64,000 nucleotides of DNA from Acholeplasmataceae bacterium (GCA_963667565.1 OY763415.1:640001-704000), one strand, 5' to 3'; positions 1 to 11,298 are shown, counted from the first letter of the stretch. The notes: generated by a model from the letters alone, not told the origin. Translations and numbers: made by a program.

Positions 1-1175
1 ACATCATATTTTTCAATCAGTTTATTCGCATAATCTCTAATCTCTTTATGATTTAAGAATCCATGTTTTTGGAAAGGTTCTTGCCAGTATCTTTGTAAAA
101 CCATATTATATTCAAGTGGATAATCTAAGACTAATCCATATTTATGTCGATCTTCAGGAATATGAGATATGCCAGCAATTGAACGATTTCTAATCTTTTC
201 ATTAGTGATATCTTTTCCATCAATAGAAATACTACCTTGGTGAATCTTTTCTAATCCAGTAATGGCTGCAACCACTTGTGATTGACCATTGCCTTCAATA
301 CCAGCTAAACATAAGATCTCGCCTTTTCTTACTTCAAAAGAAACATTATCGACTACATTTTTATGTCCAGTGTGTGCTAAGACACTCAAATTTTCAACTT
401 TTAAAATGACTTCTTTTGGTTTTGCCTTCTTTTTATCAACATCAAAACTGACATCACGGCCAACCATCATTTTTGATAATTCTTCTTTATTTGTGTTTTT
501 AACATAAACCGTTCCAATATATTTACCTTTTCTAAGAACAGTACAACGATCGGCAACACTTAATATTTCATTTAATTTATGAGAAATGAATAAAATTGAT
601 TTTCCTTCCTTTGCAAAACCTTTCATAATTGCCATTAACTCATCAATCTCTTGTGGTGTTAAGACAGCAGTCGGTTCATCAAAGATAAGGATTTCATTAT
701 CTCTATAAAGCATTTTCAAAATTTCTACTCTTTGTTGTTGACCAACACTAATTTTTTCTATTAGTGCATCAGGATCAACTTGCAATCCATATTGTTGTGA
801 TAATTCAACAACTTTTTTTCTTGCTTCGTCTTTTTTTAAGAAACCATATTGATTAGGTTCTACACCTAAAATAATGTTTTCTAAAACACTAAAGACTTCA
901 ACAAGTTTAAAATGTTGATGAACCATACCGATACCAAGAGCATTAGCATCGTTTGGATTATTGATGTGAACAACTTCACCATTCTTTCTAATTTCACCTT
1001 TTTCTGCTTGATAAAGGCCAAAAAGAACAGACATAAGCGTTGATTTACCTGCACCATTTTCGCCTAGTAGTGCATGTATTTCTCCCTTTTTAAGCTGCAA
1101 AGTTATATTGTCGTTAGCAATAATGCCTGGGAATTCTTTAGTGATATTCAACATCTCAATGACATAATTTTCCAA
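1..1175 (-). CDS. Nucleoside/sugar ABC transporter ATP-binding protein (YufO/NupA-like), runs off the window
   Basis: Not in the ORF track. Manual translation from TTG at 1175 (RBS AGGTG) gives MENYVIEMLNITKEFPGIIAND...GENGAGKST...VGQQQRVEILK...LIFDEPTAVL. Confidence 0.9.
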   Translation of the reverse strand, partial: MENYVIEMLNITKEFPGIIANDNITLQLKKGEIHALLGENGAGKSTLMSVLFGLYQAEKGEIRKNGEVVHINNPNDANALGIGMVHQHFKLVEVFSVLENIILGVEPNQYGFLKKDEARKKVVELSQQYGLQVDPDALIEKISVGQQQRVEILKMLYRDNEILIFDEPTAVLTPQEIDELMAIMKGFAKEGKSILFISHKLNEILSVADRCTVLRKGKYIGTVYVKNTNKEELSKMMVGRDVSFDVDKKKAKPKEVILKVENLSVLAHTGHKNVVDNVSFEVRKGEILCLAGIEGNGQSQVVAAITGLEKIHQGSISIDGKDITNEKIRNRSIAGISHIPEDRHKYGLVLDYPLEYNMVLQRYWQEPFQKHGFLNHKEIRDYANKLIEKYD

Positions 1176-1207
1176 TATTTTCACCTACGCTTTATTTGTA
1201 AAAAATA

Positions 1208-1238
1208 AGAGGAGAAAGGGTATTAGCCAATCTCCTCT
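1208..1238 (-). terminator. Intercistronic hairpin/terminator after the BMP lipoprotein gene
   Basis: AGAGGAGA...TCTCCTCT inverted repeat followed by a T-rich run on the minus strand. Confidence 0.6.
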
Positions 1239-1289
1239 AATAGCCTTCTATAACTTAGAAAGTATTGATGGCAAATAATTAATAATTAA

Positions 1290-2411
1290 TTAGATAACTG
1301 TAACAGAAACTCTAACTAATGATAAACCAGCAACTAATTCAGCAGCAGTAGCTTCACCTGAATCAGCAGCAACTGTAATCGTACGTAATGGACTTACTGT
1401 ACCAGCAACTAATAATTGATAAGCAGTATTGTAAGCAGCTAAATCAAAAGTATCAAATCTGTCAAATGCATCACCATTTGCATCACCAATGACTGTAGTT
1501 GGAAGACCAATACCATCATTAGTAGCATTGAAGTAAGTTGTAGTTCCACCAAATGTAGCAAATGAATCTGTGTTATAGATTGCATCTAATACTTGTTGAA
1601 CTGAAGCAGCTAAACCTTTCATTGCTGAAGTGATAACTGTTTCACTATCATATCTTTGGTCAACGTCAACACCGATAACTTTTTTAGAAGCTTCAGATGC
1701 AGCAGACATAACTGATTTACCAACAGATCCACCAGCAGCGAAGATAACTTCTGTTCCACCTTGGAACATTGTAGCTGCAGTAGCTTTATTAGTATCATTT
1801 TCTTCAAAGTCGCCAGTGTAATGATATTTAACATTAACATTAACGCTTAATTGAGCAGCAGCATATTCAGCACCTTGTAAGTAACCATAACCGAATGCTT
1901 GAACAGCAGGAACTGCCATACCACCCATAAAACCTAATTCTCTCATGCCATCCATAACAGCAGCATAACCAGCTAACCATCCTGATTCTTGTTCAGCATA
2001 CATAACACTTGCAACATTTGATGCAGTATTGAATGTAGCATAATCAGCAGTATGAGGTGAACCATCTAATAAGATGAATTTCACATCTGGATAAGTAGTT
2101 TGTGCAGTGTAGATAGGTACTTCAAATAAGAAACCTGGAGTAACAACAACTTTTGCACCACCTTGTACAGCTAAATCAATAGCAGCTAAATAAGCATCTG
2201 AAGTTGCTTCTTCTGGTTTGTAATATTGGTGAGTAATATTATTTTCCTCAGCGAATGCAACAACACCTTCCCAAGCACCTTGGTTAAATGATTTATCGTC
2301 AATATTACCTTTATCAGTAATAAGAGCGATTTCATAAGTGTCAGTGCCACATGAAGCTAAAGTAACAACCGCACCAAGAACAACTAAAAACAATAATAAA
2401 TATTTCTTCAT
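1290..2411 (-). CDS. BMP-family ABC substrate-binding lipoprotein (nucleoside-binding)
   Basis: Lipobox TLASC, DKSFNQ, IGVDVDQ and TSAMK motifs. Start moved to ATG 2411 after AGGAGG. Confidence 0.9.
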   Translation of the reverse strand: MKKYLLLFLVVLGAVVTLASCGTDTYEIALITDKGNIDDKSFNQGAWEGVVAFAEENNITHQYYKPEEATSDAYLAAIDLAVQGGAKVVVTPGFLFEVPIYTAQTTYPDVKFILLDGSPHTADYATFNTASNVASVMYAEQESGWLAGYAAVMDGMRELGFMGGMAVPAVQAFGYGYLQGAEYAAAQLSVNVNVKYHYTGDFEENDTNKATAATMFQGGTEVIFAAGGSVGKSVMSAASEASKKVIGVDVDQRYDSETVITSAMKGLAASVQQVLDAIYNTDSFATFGGTTTYFNATNDGIGLPTTVIGDANGDAFDRFDTFDLAAYNTAYQLLVAGTVSPLRTITVAADSGEATAAELVAGLSLVRVSVTVI

Positions 2412-2554
2412 TTTAATTCTTCTCCTCCTATAATTATGGGCTTTGCCCAATTACTTACATTATACATATTTTTTACGTATCTCACAACTAAAATTAGAAT
2501 ATTTTACATTTCTTTAAATTAATTATAATTTACATTCGAATTATCATTCAGTTT

Positions 2555-3499
2555 TCATTTATTTTCATTAGCTTTTTCATTTTTCTTAAACATATTTGCA
2601 AATTTTTTAGGTATGGATATAGCTGCATCACCAATGACAGCAGGTAACATACCACTTGCTTCTAAAAGTGCATCTCTTCTTAATTTCTCTTTAGTGATTT
2701 CTTCTGCATCACTAAATAAGTATTTTCTTGTGACAATACCAATACGGAGTGTAAGCCATGCATTTGATATACCTTGAGTCACACTTGACATTAAAGGTTT
2801 AATCAGAGGGAACTCACTAATCGTTTGTAATGTCGATTGTGGAAGAACTTGAGAGATATCCATATCTTCTAATCCTTCTGCAATGAGTGCAGTGGTCATC
2901 ACGTTAATGGTTAATTTTGCTAGCTTATTAAAATTTGGTCTAAATCCACATAATTGAACGATTTCTTTAATCATTTTTAAATTGACGACTACGACTGTAA
3001 AGAAATCAAGTCTGCCATTTTGTGAAATAGCGGTTGATACCATCACAGTCTTTGCGTGTTTTTGAATGGTTTTATTGATGAGTTTTTTAATTTCATTATT
3101 ATAGATTTGTTCTAATTGAGTTACAAGTTTTTCTTTATCTTGATATGCTTCGCTTAATCTTGTTTTAGAACCATCAGATAAATAATCAGATTTGATCAGT
3201 CTTTTAGCAACTCTTTTATAGAGTGCATAGTTTTTATCTCTTTTCTCTTCAAGTGTCGTTTCAATTGAAAAAGATGGAGAAAAGATAATGATGTTTAAAG
3301 GTCTTATAATAAGGATATAAATAAGTAGAGCTACAAGTACATAAAATGCATATTCCAAATAAGGAACACCAGCAATTTGAATGGTTCTTAAGCGATCTCC
3401 CACATCTAATACGCTTGATAATAAGATTAATATAAATAAAACGATAAATCCTATCGCTGTTAAATACCAAAATATTTTCGCATTGTCTTTTTTCTTCAT
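2555..3499 (-). CDS. YcjF/DUF697-family membrane protein
   Basis: Two N-terminal TM helices; STAISQNGRLD, LCGFRP and QGISNAWLTLRIG motifs. Confidence 0.65.
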   Translation of the reverse strand: MKKKDNAKIFWYLTAIGFIVLFILILLSSVLDVGDRLRTIQIAGVPYLEYAFYVLVALLIYILIIRPLNIIIFSPSFSIETTLEEKRDKNYALYKRVAKRLIKSDYLSDGSKTRLSEAYQDKEKLVTQLEQIYNNEIKKLINKTIQKHAKTVMVSTAISQNGRLDFFTVVVVNLKMIKEIVQLCGFRPNFNKLAKLTINVMTTALIAEGLEDMDISQVLPQSTLQTISEFPLIKPLMSSVTQGISNAWLTLRIGIVTRKYLFSDAEEITKEKLRRDALLEASGMLPAVIGDAAISIPKKFANMFKKNEKANENK

Positions 3500-3538
3500 A
3501 ATTCCACCTCAAATTTATTATAACATTAAGTTGTCTAT

Positions 3539-4231
3539 TTAAGGGATATAAATCTTTTTATTCTCTTTGATGGAATATAGCTCGCCTTTACCTATAATCA
3601 GATGGTCAATAATATCGATACCCATCACTTCTTGTGTTTCAAACAAACGCTTTGTCGTATAGATATCTGCCTTTGATGGTGTTGCATCACCTGTTGGATG
3701 ATTGTGTACTAAAATCATTGCAGACGAAGCATAAACTAGCGCTTTTTTGTATATATCTCTAGGCGATATAACCATTTGATTAATCGTGCCAATATATAGC
3801 ACCTCTTTTTTTATGACTTCACTTTTAATATTAAGATATAAAACAATGAAATGTTCTTGTTCTAATATACTTAATTCATCACATAAAAGATGATAAACAT
3901 CAAATGGTGATGTGATTCTTGGTTTTTTATCATATGAGATATGTGAGAGTCTTTTTCCTAGTTCAATTGCTGCAATTAAAGTGGTTGCTTTAGCCTGTTT
4001 GATCCCTGGAATTAATATTAAGGATTCATAAGTGATTTTCTTTAAATCTGTAATTTTATCCAAATGATAAATCACATGTTTAGATAATTCATTAACACTT
4101 AAATGTTTATCGCCAGTTCTAAGTAGTATCGCTATGAGTTCATAATTAGATAATGCTTCAACACCTTGGCTGATCAGTCTTTCTCTTGGTCTTTCTTCTT
4201 CTGGCATTTCTTTTAACTTATATATATGCAT
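3539..4231 (-). CDS. radC: RadC-family JAB-domain protein
   Basis: ERPRERL...LSNYELIAILLRTG, HNHPTGD and DHLIIG motifs. Start at ATG 4231 after GGAGGTG. Confidence 0.92.
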   Translation of the reverse strand: MHIYKLKEMPEEERPRERLISQGVEALSNYELIAILLRTGDKHLSVNELSKHVIYHLDKITDLKKITYESLILIPGIKQAKATTLIAAIELGKRLSHISYDKKPRITSPFDVYHLLCDELSILEQEHFIVLYLNIKSEVIKKEVLYIGTINQMVISPRDIYKKALVYASSAMILVHNHPTGDATPSKADIYTTKRLFETQEVMGIDIIDHLIIGKGELYSIKENKKIYIP

Positions 4232-4274
4232 AAAAAACACCTCCTCTACACATAGTAGAAAAGATGTTTTACGA

Positions 4275-5384
4275 TTACTCTTTAAATGTTTTTTTGACAA
4301 ATTCTAATGCTTGCATCACAACATCATCCATATCAAGATATCGATACCATCCTAAGCGACCAGCAAATGTGATGTGCTCATGACTTTGTGCAAGTTCTAA
4401 ATATTTCTTATAAAGCATATTATTGTGATCATCATTAATTGGATAATAAGGTTCATCACCTTTTTCCCAAGATTTTGGATATTCATAAGTGATCACAGAT
4501 GGCTTAATCTTCTTAAACTCAAAATGTTGATGTTCAATGATTCTTGTATATGGAACTTCTCTTTCAGTATAGTTAACGACTGCGTTACCTTGAAAGTTAT
4601 CAGTATCTACTTCTTTAATCTCAAATTTAAGTGATCGATAATTGAGTGCACCATATTGATAACCAAAGAATTGATCAATAGGACCTGTAAAGATGATATG
4701 TTTAGCAATATTTAAATAATAGACTTTATTCTCATAAAAATCTGCATTTAACTTAACTTCTATACCTTCTAAAAGTTTTTCAACAATCTGTGTATATCCA
4801 CCTTTAGGAATGCCTTGGTACTGATCATTAAAATAATTATTATCATATGTAAATCTTACTGGTAATCTTTTTATAATAAATGCAGGTAAGTCTTCACAAC
4901 TTCTACCCCATTGTTTTTCAGTATATCCTTTAATCAGTTTTTCATAAATATCTGGACCGACTAAATTGATAGCTTGTTCTTCAAGGTTTTTAGGTTGATC
5001 AACTTGATAAGCAGCTTTCTGTTTTTCAATCAAAGCTTTTGCTTCTTCTGGTGTTTTTGTACCCCACATCTTATAAAATGTATTCATATTAAATGGCAAG
5101 TGATACAGTTCATTTTTATATTTTGCAAGTGGTGCATTTGTAAATCTGTTAAATTCTGCGAATTGATTCATATAATCCCATGCTTCTTTAAAGTCAGTAT
5201 GGAAAATATGAGCACCATAAACATGAACATGAATGCCATGTTCATTTCTTGTATAAATATTGCCTGCAATATGATCTTTCTTCTCAATCACCAAACAGGT
5301 TTTTCCTCTTTTGGTTGCTTCATGGGCAAAGATTGATCCAAATAGGCCAGCACCTACAATTAAATAGTCATATTTATTCATCAT
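4275..5384 (-). CDS. glf: UDP-galactopyranose mutase
   Basis: YDYLIVGAGLFG, YGAHIFHT, GYTEKQWG, EPYYP and GRLGWYRYLDMD motifs. Confidence 0.95.
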   Translation of the reverse strand: MMNKYDYLIVGAGLFGSIFAHEATKRGKTCLVIEKKDHIAGNIYTRNEHGIHVHVYGAHIFHTDFKEAWDYMNQFAEFNRFTNAPLAKYKNELYHLPFNMNTFYKMWGTKTPEEAKALIEKQKAAYQVDQPKNLEEQAINLVGPDIYEKLIKGYTEKQWGRSCEDLPAFIIKRLPVRFTYDNNYFNDQYQGIPKGGYTQIVEKLLEGIEVKLNADFYENKVYYLNIAKHIIFTGPIDQFFGYQYGALNYRSLKFEIKEVDTDNFQGNAVVNYTEREVPYTRIIEHQHFEFKKIKPSVITYEYPKSWEKGDEPYYPINDDHNNMLYKKYLELAQSHEHITFAGRLGWYRYLDMDDVVMQALEFVKKTFKE

Positions 5385-6687
5385 CTAATTCCTCCTCAAA
5401 ATTCATATGATAACCTTTGACTTCATCAAGCATATTTTGATAGTCAAAAATTTCCTGCTGATATTTTTTTATGGCTTTAATCATGTAACTCACAAAATGA
5501 AGGGAGCCTGTAATAACCATCACTTCATCAATATCAATTCTTGATTTTAAATACTTAAATGCAGAAATTGGATCTTCATTATATCGCATGCCTTCTTGTA
5601 AAAAAGGTCTAAGTGATGTAAATCTAGCATCATCAAATTCTGTTAAAGTAATATCGTTTGTCACTTCTTTTAAGGTATTTAACATCCCGGTAATATCTTT
5701 ATCACCTAGTGCACTAAATAATACAAAGATTTCTTTATCAAGTGTTTTAAGATGTCTTACAAGTTCTTGCATACCTGATAGATTGTGTGCACCATCTAAA
5801 TAGATGTGTCCCGGCATACTTTGAAATCTTGCAGGTAATCTTAATTCTTTTAATGTGTTTCTTACAATGAAATTACCCAAATGTGGTTCAACATATTTCG
5901 CAAGCTTTTGAGCTAATATCGTATTCTTAATTTGGAATAACCCTTTCATTCTCACTCTGTAGGCTTCACCTTCATAAGTATATTTTAAGGGATCAAGATT
6001 GTCTGGCTCAGGAATATCAGTAATAAACTCATAGGTTGCACCGACTTTATGACAATAATCGATAAATAGTGGATGCATCTCTTTATCAACTGTAGTGATT
6101 AAGTGACTTCCTTTTTTTAAAATGCCTAATTTATTAAGTGCAATACTTTCTAATGTATTTCCCAATTGCTTCATATGATCATATCCGATATTTGTGATTG
6201 CAGATACATCATAATCTAATATATTTGTTGCATCTAATAAGCCACCAATACCAACTTCCATTACTATGACTTCAACTTCTTCATCATGAAAATATTTGAG
6301 TGCCATTAATGTGAGCAGTTCAAAAAAACTTAAAGTTTCACCATATGACTTGCTAAACATAAGATTAAATTCATAGATGAAATTGATATAATTTAATAAC
6401 TTCTCATCACTAATGTTTTTCATATCGATGGACATGCGTTCATTAAATTCTAAAATATAAGGTGATTGAAACAATCCTGTTTTATACTGCTTATTTTTTA
6501 ACATTGCAGCAGTATAGTTTGCAACAGATCCCTTACCATTTGTTCCAGCAACATGTATTTTAATGATCTTAGAATAATCTAAGTCTAGCATTTCAAATGC
6601 TTTTTTCATGCGGTTTAAGTCACCTTTAGGTTTGAACCTAACTTGACTTTCAATCCACGTGATCCCCACCTCTAATTGATTAAACAT
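5374..6687 (-). CDS. folC: Folylpolyglutamate synthase / dihydrofolate synthase
   Basis: HVAGTNGKGS, EVGIGGLLDATN, DH, DGAHN and TGSLH motifs; follows valS. Confidence 0.9.
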   Translation of the reverse strand: MFNQLEVGITWIESQVRFKPKGDLNRMKKAFEMLDLDYSKIIKIHVAGTNGKGSVANYTAAMLKNKQYKTGLFQSPYILEFNERMSIDMKNISDEKLLNYINFIYEFNLMFSKSYGETLSFFELLTLMALKYFHDEEVEVIVMEVGIGGLLDATNILDYDVSAITNIGYDHMKQLGNTLESIALNKLGILKKGSHLITTVDKEMHPLFIDYCHKVGATYEFITDIPEPDNLDPLKYTYEGEAYRVRMKGLFQIKNTILAQKLAKYVEPHLGNFIVRNTLKELRLPARFQSMPGHIYLDGAHNLSGMQELVRHLKTLDKEIFVLFSALGDKDITGMLNTLKEVTNDITLTEFDDARFTSLRPFLQEGMRYNEDPISAFKYLKSRIDIDEVMVITGSLHFVSYMIKAIKKYQQEIFDYQNMLDEVKGYHMNFEEELDDE

Positions 6688-9253
6688 AACTCTTTAGTTT
6701 CTCCTTTAAAACTTCATATTGATTTAAATAGTCTTGATATTTATCATTTTCTATCTTTATCTTATCTTCTGGTGCTTTGCTCATGAATTTTTCGTTTTTC
6801 AAAAGTGATTCACTACGCTTAATTTCAGCTTCTAGTGTTTCTTTTTGTTTAAGTAAAGTTTCAAGTTCTTTCTTAGGATCAATTAAATCAGATTTAATGA
6901 TATGGATGATAAGTTTAGATCCTAATAATAAAATGGTTTCTTCTGTAGTATTAAGTTTTGTATCCATAGTAAGTTCACTTGTATTTAAGAATTTTTCAAA
7001 GTATGCTTTTTGATTCATAAATATCTCAAGATCACTTTCATTTGAAACAATGATATGAGCTTTAATAGGTTTAGATGGTGCAACTTGGTTTTCAGCTCTT
7101 AAATTTCTAACTTTGACGATTGCATCTTGTATCTCTTTAAAATATTCTATCGCATTTAAATCAACGTTTTCAGCTTTTGGCCAATCGCTAATCATAATTG
7201 ATGGTTCATCAGTAATCTCTAAATATAACTTTTCAGTAACAAATGGAATAAATGGATGCATCAATTTTAAAATGGTACGAAGCACTTTGACTAAAATCGC
7301 TTGAGTTGTTTGCTTATGAGACTCATGATTTAAACTCACCTTTGCAAATTCTAAATACCAATTTGCAAACTCATCCCAGATGAAATTATATAGTGTTCTT
7401 GAAACTTCACCAAACTCATATTTTTCATAATTCATATCTGCTTCAGTAATCACTTCAGATAGTCTTGATAAAATCCATGTGTCATGTAGTTCTAATTGAT
7501 CATTGATTTCTACATGATAATCATCAATATTCATCGTAATAAAACGTGTAATATTCCATAACTTATTAATAAAGTTCCAAGATGATTCTACTTTTTCTTC
7601 TTCATATCTTAAATCAGAACCTGGTGCAGAGTTTGTTGTCAAGAAATATCTAAGTGCATCAACACCATAATGTTTAATAACATCCATTGGGTCAACACCA
7701 TTACCATATGACTTACTCATCTTTCGTCCATCAGATGCACGAATAAGTCCATGGATTAAAACATCTTTAAATGGATCTTGATCTGTAAATTCTATCGCTT
7801 GGAAAATCATTCTAGCAACCCAGAAGAAAATAATATCATATCCAGTGACTAACACATCTGTTGGATAATAACGTTTGAAATCATCTGTGATCTCTGGCCA
7901 TCCAAGTGTTGAAAATGGCCATAATGCTGATGAAAACCATGTATCAAGTACATCTTCGTCTTGTTTCCAATCATCACCTGGAGATTCTATTTGTACTTTG
8001 ACTTCACCATCTTTGTACCAAGCAGGAATACGATGTCCCCACCATAACTGTCTTGAAATACACCAATCTTGTGTATCAGTCATCCAATTAACAAAGATCT
8101 TTTTAAAACGTTCAGGTACAAATTTAGTTTGTGATTTTGAAAGTGATTGTTCAGATAAGACATCCATCTTAACAAACCATTGTTCAGATAATCTTGGTTC
8201 AACAACAACACCTGTTCTTTCACTATAACCGACATTATTTGTATAATCTTCTAGTTTATCTACAAGACCAAGTTTATCTAAGTTTTCAATTAATTTAGCA
8301 CGACATTCAAAACGTTCTAAACCTTCATATTCAAATGCCATCTCATTCATCGTACCATCTTCATGCATACAAAGTGGCATCTCTAAATGATGTCTAACAC
8401 CGACTTCAAAGTCGTTTTGATCATGTGCTGGTGTTACTTTAACAACACCTGTACCAAAACTCATATCAACATAACTATCACTAATGACAGGAATAGATAC
8501 TTTAGTTCCAGGTATATAGACAGTTCTACCAATTACATCCTTATATTTTAAATCATCAGGATGAACCATAAGTGCTTGGTCAGCAAACATCGTCTCTGGA
8601 CGTGTTGTAGCAATCACTAAATATCCATTTCCATCTGTAAATGGATATCTAAAGTAGTATAGTTTACCTTGTGATTCTCTATGTTCTACTTCAATATTTG
8701 ATAATGCTGTTTTGGCTTCAACATCCCAATTGATGATTCTATGTCCACGATAGATTAATCCTTTTTCATATAAGGTTATAAATACTTTATTAACAGCATC
8801 ATTTAACTTTTGATCAAGCGTAAATCTTTCTCTTGAATAATCAACAGAATTTCCAAGTGCTGCCCATTGAGTTTTAATAAATGATGCATACTCATCTTTC
8901 CATGCCCAAGCTTGTTCTAAAAACTTATCTCTTCCTAAATCATAACGAGAAATACCTTGTTCTTTTAATCTTTGGTCTACTTTTGCTTGTGTAGCAATTC
9001 CAGCATGATCCATCCCAGGCAAAAAGAGTGCATCATAGCCTTGCATTCTCTTTCTTCTAATAATAATATCTTGTAATGTATTATCCCAAGCATGTCCTAA
9101 ATGGAGTTTACCTGTAACATTAGGTGGCGGAATAACAATGGTATAAGGTGTTTTTTTCTTATCACCTGCTTTAAAGTATCCGTTATCTACCCATGTTTGA
9201 TATCTATGTTCTTCAACTGACTTAAAGTCATATTTTTTATCAAGTGTTGTCAT
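6680..9253 (-). CDS. valS: Valyl-tRNA synthetase
   Basis: PPPNVTGKLHLGH, DWCISRQLWWGH, KMSKS and a C-terminal coiled coil. Confidence 0.98.
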   Translation of the reverse strand: MTTLDKKYDFKSVEEHRYQTWVDNGYFKAGDKKKTPYTIVIPPPNVTGKLHLGHAWDNTLQDIIIRRKRMQGYDALFLPGMDHAGIATQAKVDQRLKEQGISRYDLGRDKFLEQAWAWKDEYASFIKTQWAALGNSVDYSRERFTLDQKLNDAVNKVFITLYEKGLIYRGHRIINWDVEAKTALSNIEVEHRESQGKLYYFRYPFTDGNGYLVIATTRPETMFADQALMVHPDDLKYKDVIGRTVYIPGTKVSIPVISDSYVDMSFGTGVVKVTPAHDQNDFEVGVRHHLEMPLCMHEDGTMNEMAFEYEGLERFECRAKLIENLDKLGLVDKLEDYTNNVGYSERTGVVVEPRLSEQWFVKMDVLSEQSLSKSQTKFVPERFKKIFVNWMTDTQDWCISRQLWWGHRIPAWYKDGEVKVQIESPGDDWKQDEDVLDTWFSSALWPFSTLGWPEITDDFKRYYPTDVLVTGYDIIFFWVARMIFQAIEFTDQDPFKDVLIHGLIRASDGRKMSKSYGNGVDPMDVIKHYGVDALRYFLTTNSAPGSDLRYEEEKVESSWNFINKLWNITRFITMNIDDYHVEINDQLELHDTWILSRLSEVITEADMNYEKYEFGEVSRTLYNFIWDEFANWYLEFAKVSLNHESHKQTTQAILVKVLRTILKLMHPFIPFVTEKLYLEITDEPSIMISDWPKAENVDLNAIEYFKEIQDAIVKVRNLRAENQVAPSKPIKAHIIVSNESDLEIFMNQKAYFEKFLNTSELTMDTKLNTTEETILLLGSKLIIHIIKSDLIDPKKELETLLKQKETLEAEIKRSESLLKNEKFMSKAPEDKIKIENDKYQDYLNQYEVLKEKLKSYV

Positions 9254-9791
9254 TGTTTTGCTCTCTTTCTAAAAATTCTTTTTTATCTATTTTATACATG
9301 AGGACATCAACATCATCATGTTTATAATCTTTTCTTTTTTCTGTATGCGTGTATGTAAATTTAAGTTTTTCAATCACGCGTTTTGATTGAATGTTATGGG
9401 CGTAGTGTCCACATACAATTTTGTCACAACCTAGTGAATGAAATCCATAAAATAATATTTCATCGGATGCTTCTTTAACGATACCTTGTCCCCAATAAGT
9501 GTCATCAAGCGCATAACCAAGCTCTCGAACGTTTTCTAAAGCTTGAAAAAAATCTTTGATGTGAAGACCGATAGTTCCAATAACTTGATCACTTTGTTTT
9601 AATGTAATTGCCCAAGTATCATTATCATGAATCATCATTCTAACAATCTTATGAGTATCATCGATACTTTTGTGTGGTAACCACCCTGCCATTGGACCAA
9701 TGTTTGGTTTTACAGCATATGTGAAGATATCAAATGCATCTTCTTTCTTTAGTGGTCTAAGTATTAATCTTTTGGTTACGATTGTTTTCAT
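9240..9791 (-). CDS. RimJ/RimL-family GNAT N-acetyltransferase
   Basis: TKRLILRP, ELGYAL..YWGQG and N.QSKRVIEKLKF motifs; overlaps the valS start. Confidence 0.85.
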   Translation of the reverse strand: MKTIVTKRLILRPLKKEDAFDIFTYAVKPNIGPMAGWLPHKSIDDTHKIVRMMIHDNDTWAITLKQSDQVIGTIGLHIKDFFQALENVRELGYALDDTYWGQGIVKEASDEILFYGFHSLGCDKIVCGHYAHNIQSKRVIEKLKFTYTHTEKRKDYKHDDVDVLMYKIDKKEFLEREQNNDNT

Positions 9792-9803
9792 ATACACCTC
9801 TAA

Positions 9804-10035
9804 TAAAAAAAGTCCCTAGACATTATGTCTAAGGACGATTGATCGCGGTACCACCTTAGTTCTAGAGAAAACTCTAGCACTTTAACTCTTTAACGCAGAG
9901 ATACGTAAATAGTTACTTTAATGTTCACCATTTAAGCTTCCTAGCTACCTTCTAATCAGTCCCATCAGATTTTGCACCAACCAATCTGTCTCTAACAAAG
10001 GATTTGACTATACTCCTCTAGTTCTTCGCTTTAGT
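9804..10035 (-). promoter_or_regulatory. T-box riboswitch (Val specifier GTA)
   Basis: AAGGTGGTACCGCG T-box at 9844-9857; AGTA, AGAGA and GGTGCAA stem-I motifs; specifier GAAG-GTA at 9946-9948; terminator GTCCTTAGACAT/ATGTCTAGGGAC followed by T7. Confidence 0.93.
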
Positions 10036-10100
10036 AATATATTAACACAATAAAGTCTTTAAAACAATCAACTTAAATCGTATTTTACGGATTATTTCAA

Positions 10101-11267
10101 TTAATTTTCGTGAAATAAATCTCTTGTATATACTTTTTCAATAACATCTTCAATTTCTTTTGTAATTCTATTTACGATGATAACATCACAAAGAGTTTTA
10201 AATTCATCCAAATTATTAACTACTCTTGAACTAAAAAACATATCTTCATTTAATTCAGGTTCATAGACAATAACCTCAATGCCTTTAGCTTTAATACGCT
10301 TCATAACACCTTGAATTGCTGATTGTCTAAAATTGTCTGAGCCAGACTTCATCGTTAATCGATATACACCTACAGTCTTTGGCTTTTGTTTAATTATTTG
10401 ATCTGCAATATGGTCTTTTCTTGTGCGGTTCGCATCTACAATTGCAGACATAATGTTTTGTGGAACATCTTGATAATTAGCAAGTAATTGCTTTGTATCC
10501 TTAGGTAAACAATATCCCCCATATCCAAATGATGGATTATTGTAATGCGTTCCAATTCTAGGATCTAGACCAACACCATCAATGATTTGTTTTGTATTTA
10601 ATCCTCTTATTTCAGCATAAGAATCTAGTTCATTAAAAAATGCAACACGTAATGCTAAATAGGTATTTGCAAACAACTTAATAGCTTCTGCTTCGGTTGG
10701 ATCAGTATATAAAATAGGAATATCTTTTTTAATTGCACCTTCAACTAATAATCCTGCAAAAACTTCAGCTCTATATGATTGTTCTCCAATGACAATACGT
10801 GAAGGATATAAGTTATCATAAAGTGCTTTTCCTTCTCTTAAGAATTCAGGAGAAAAAATAACATTATTAGTATCAAGTCTTTCTTTAACTTCTTTTGTAA
10901 ATCCTACAGGTACTGTTGATTTAATGATCATGACTGCACTTGGATTAATTGCTTTAACATCTTTGATGACTGCTTCCACTGATTTAGTATTAAAATAATT
11001 TAAATCAGGATCATAATTAGTCGGTGTTGCTATAATCACATAACTTGCATCTTTATATGCTAGTTCTTTATCAGTTGTTGCTAGTAAATCTAAATCTTTT
11101 GTTTTTAAATAAAATTCGATTTCTTGATCAACGATAGGAGATAATTTTTGATTGACTAAATCTACTTTTTCCTTTACTAAATCAAGTGCAACGACGTTAT
11201 GATGTTGACTAAGTAAAACTGCATTGGCTAAACCAACGTATCCCAAACCTGCAATTGCTATTTTCAT
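10101..11267 (-). CDS. ugd: UDP-glucose 6-dehydrogenase
   Basis: [22 protein letters not shown] and [10 protein letters not shown] motifs. Confidence 0.96.
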   Translation of the reverse strand: MKIAIAGLGYVGLANAVLLSQHHNVVALDLVKEKVDLVNQKLSPIVDQEIEFYLKTKDLDLLATTDKELAYKDASYVIIATPTNYDPDLNYFNTKSVEAVIKDVKAINPSAVMIIKSTVPVGFTKEVKERLDTNNVIFSPEFLREGKALYDNLYPSRIVIGEQSYRAEVFAGLLVEGAIKKDIPILYTDPTEAEAIKLFANTYLALRVAFFNELDSYAEIRGLNTKQIIDGVGLDPRIGTHYNNPSFGYGGYCLPKDTKQLLANYQDVPQNIMSAIVDANRTRKDHIADQIIKQKPKTVGVYRLTMKSGSDNFRQSAIQGVMKRIKAKGIEVIVYEPELNEDMFFSSRVVNNLDEFKTLCDVIIVNRITKEIEDVIEKVYTRDLFHEN

Positions 11268-11298
11268 AAATTCACCCCATTATATATTTAAAAAATTC

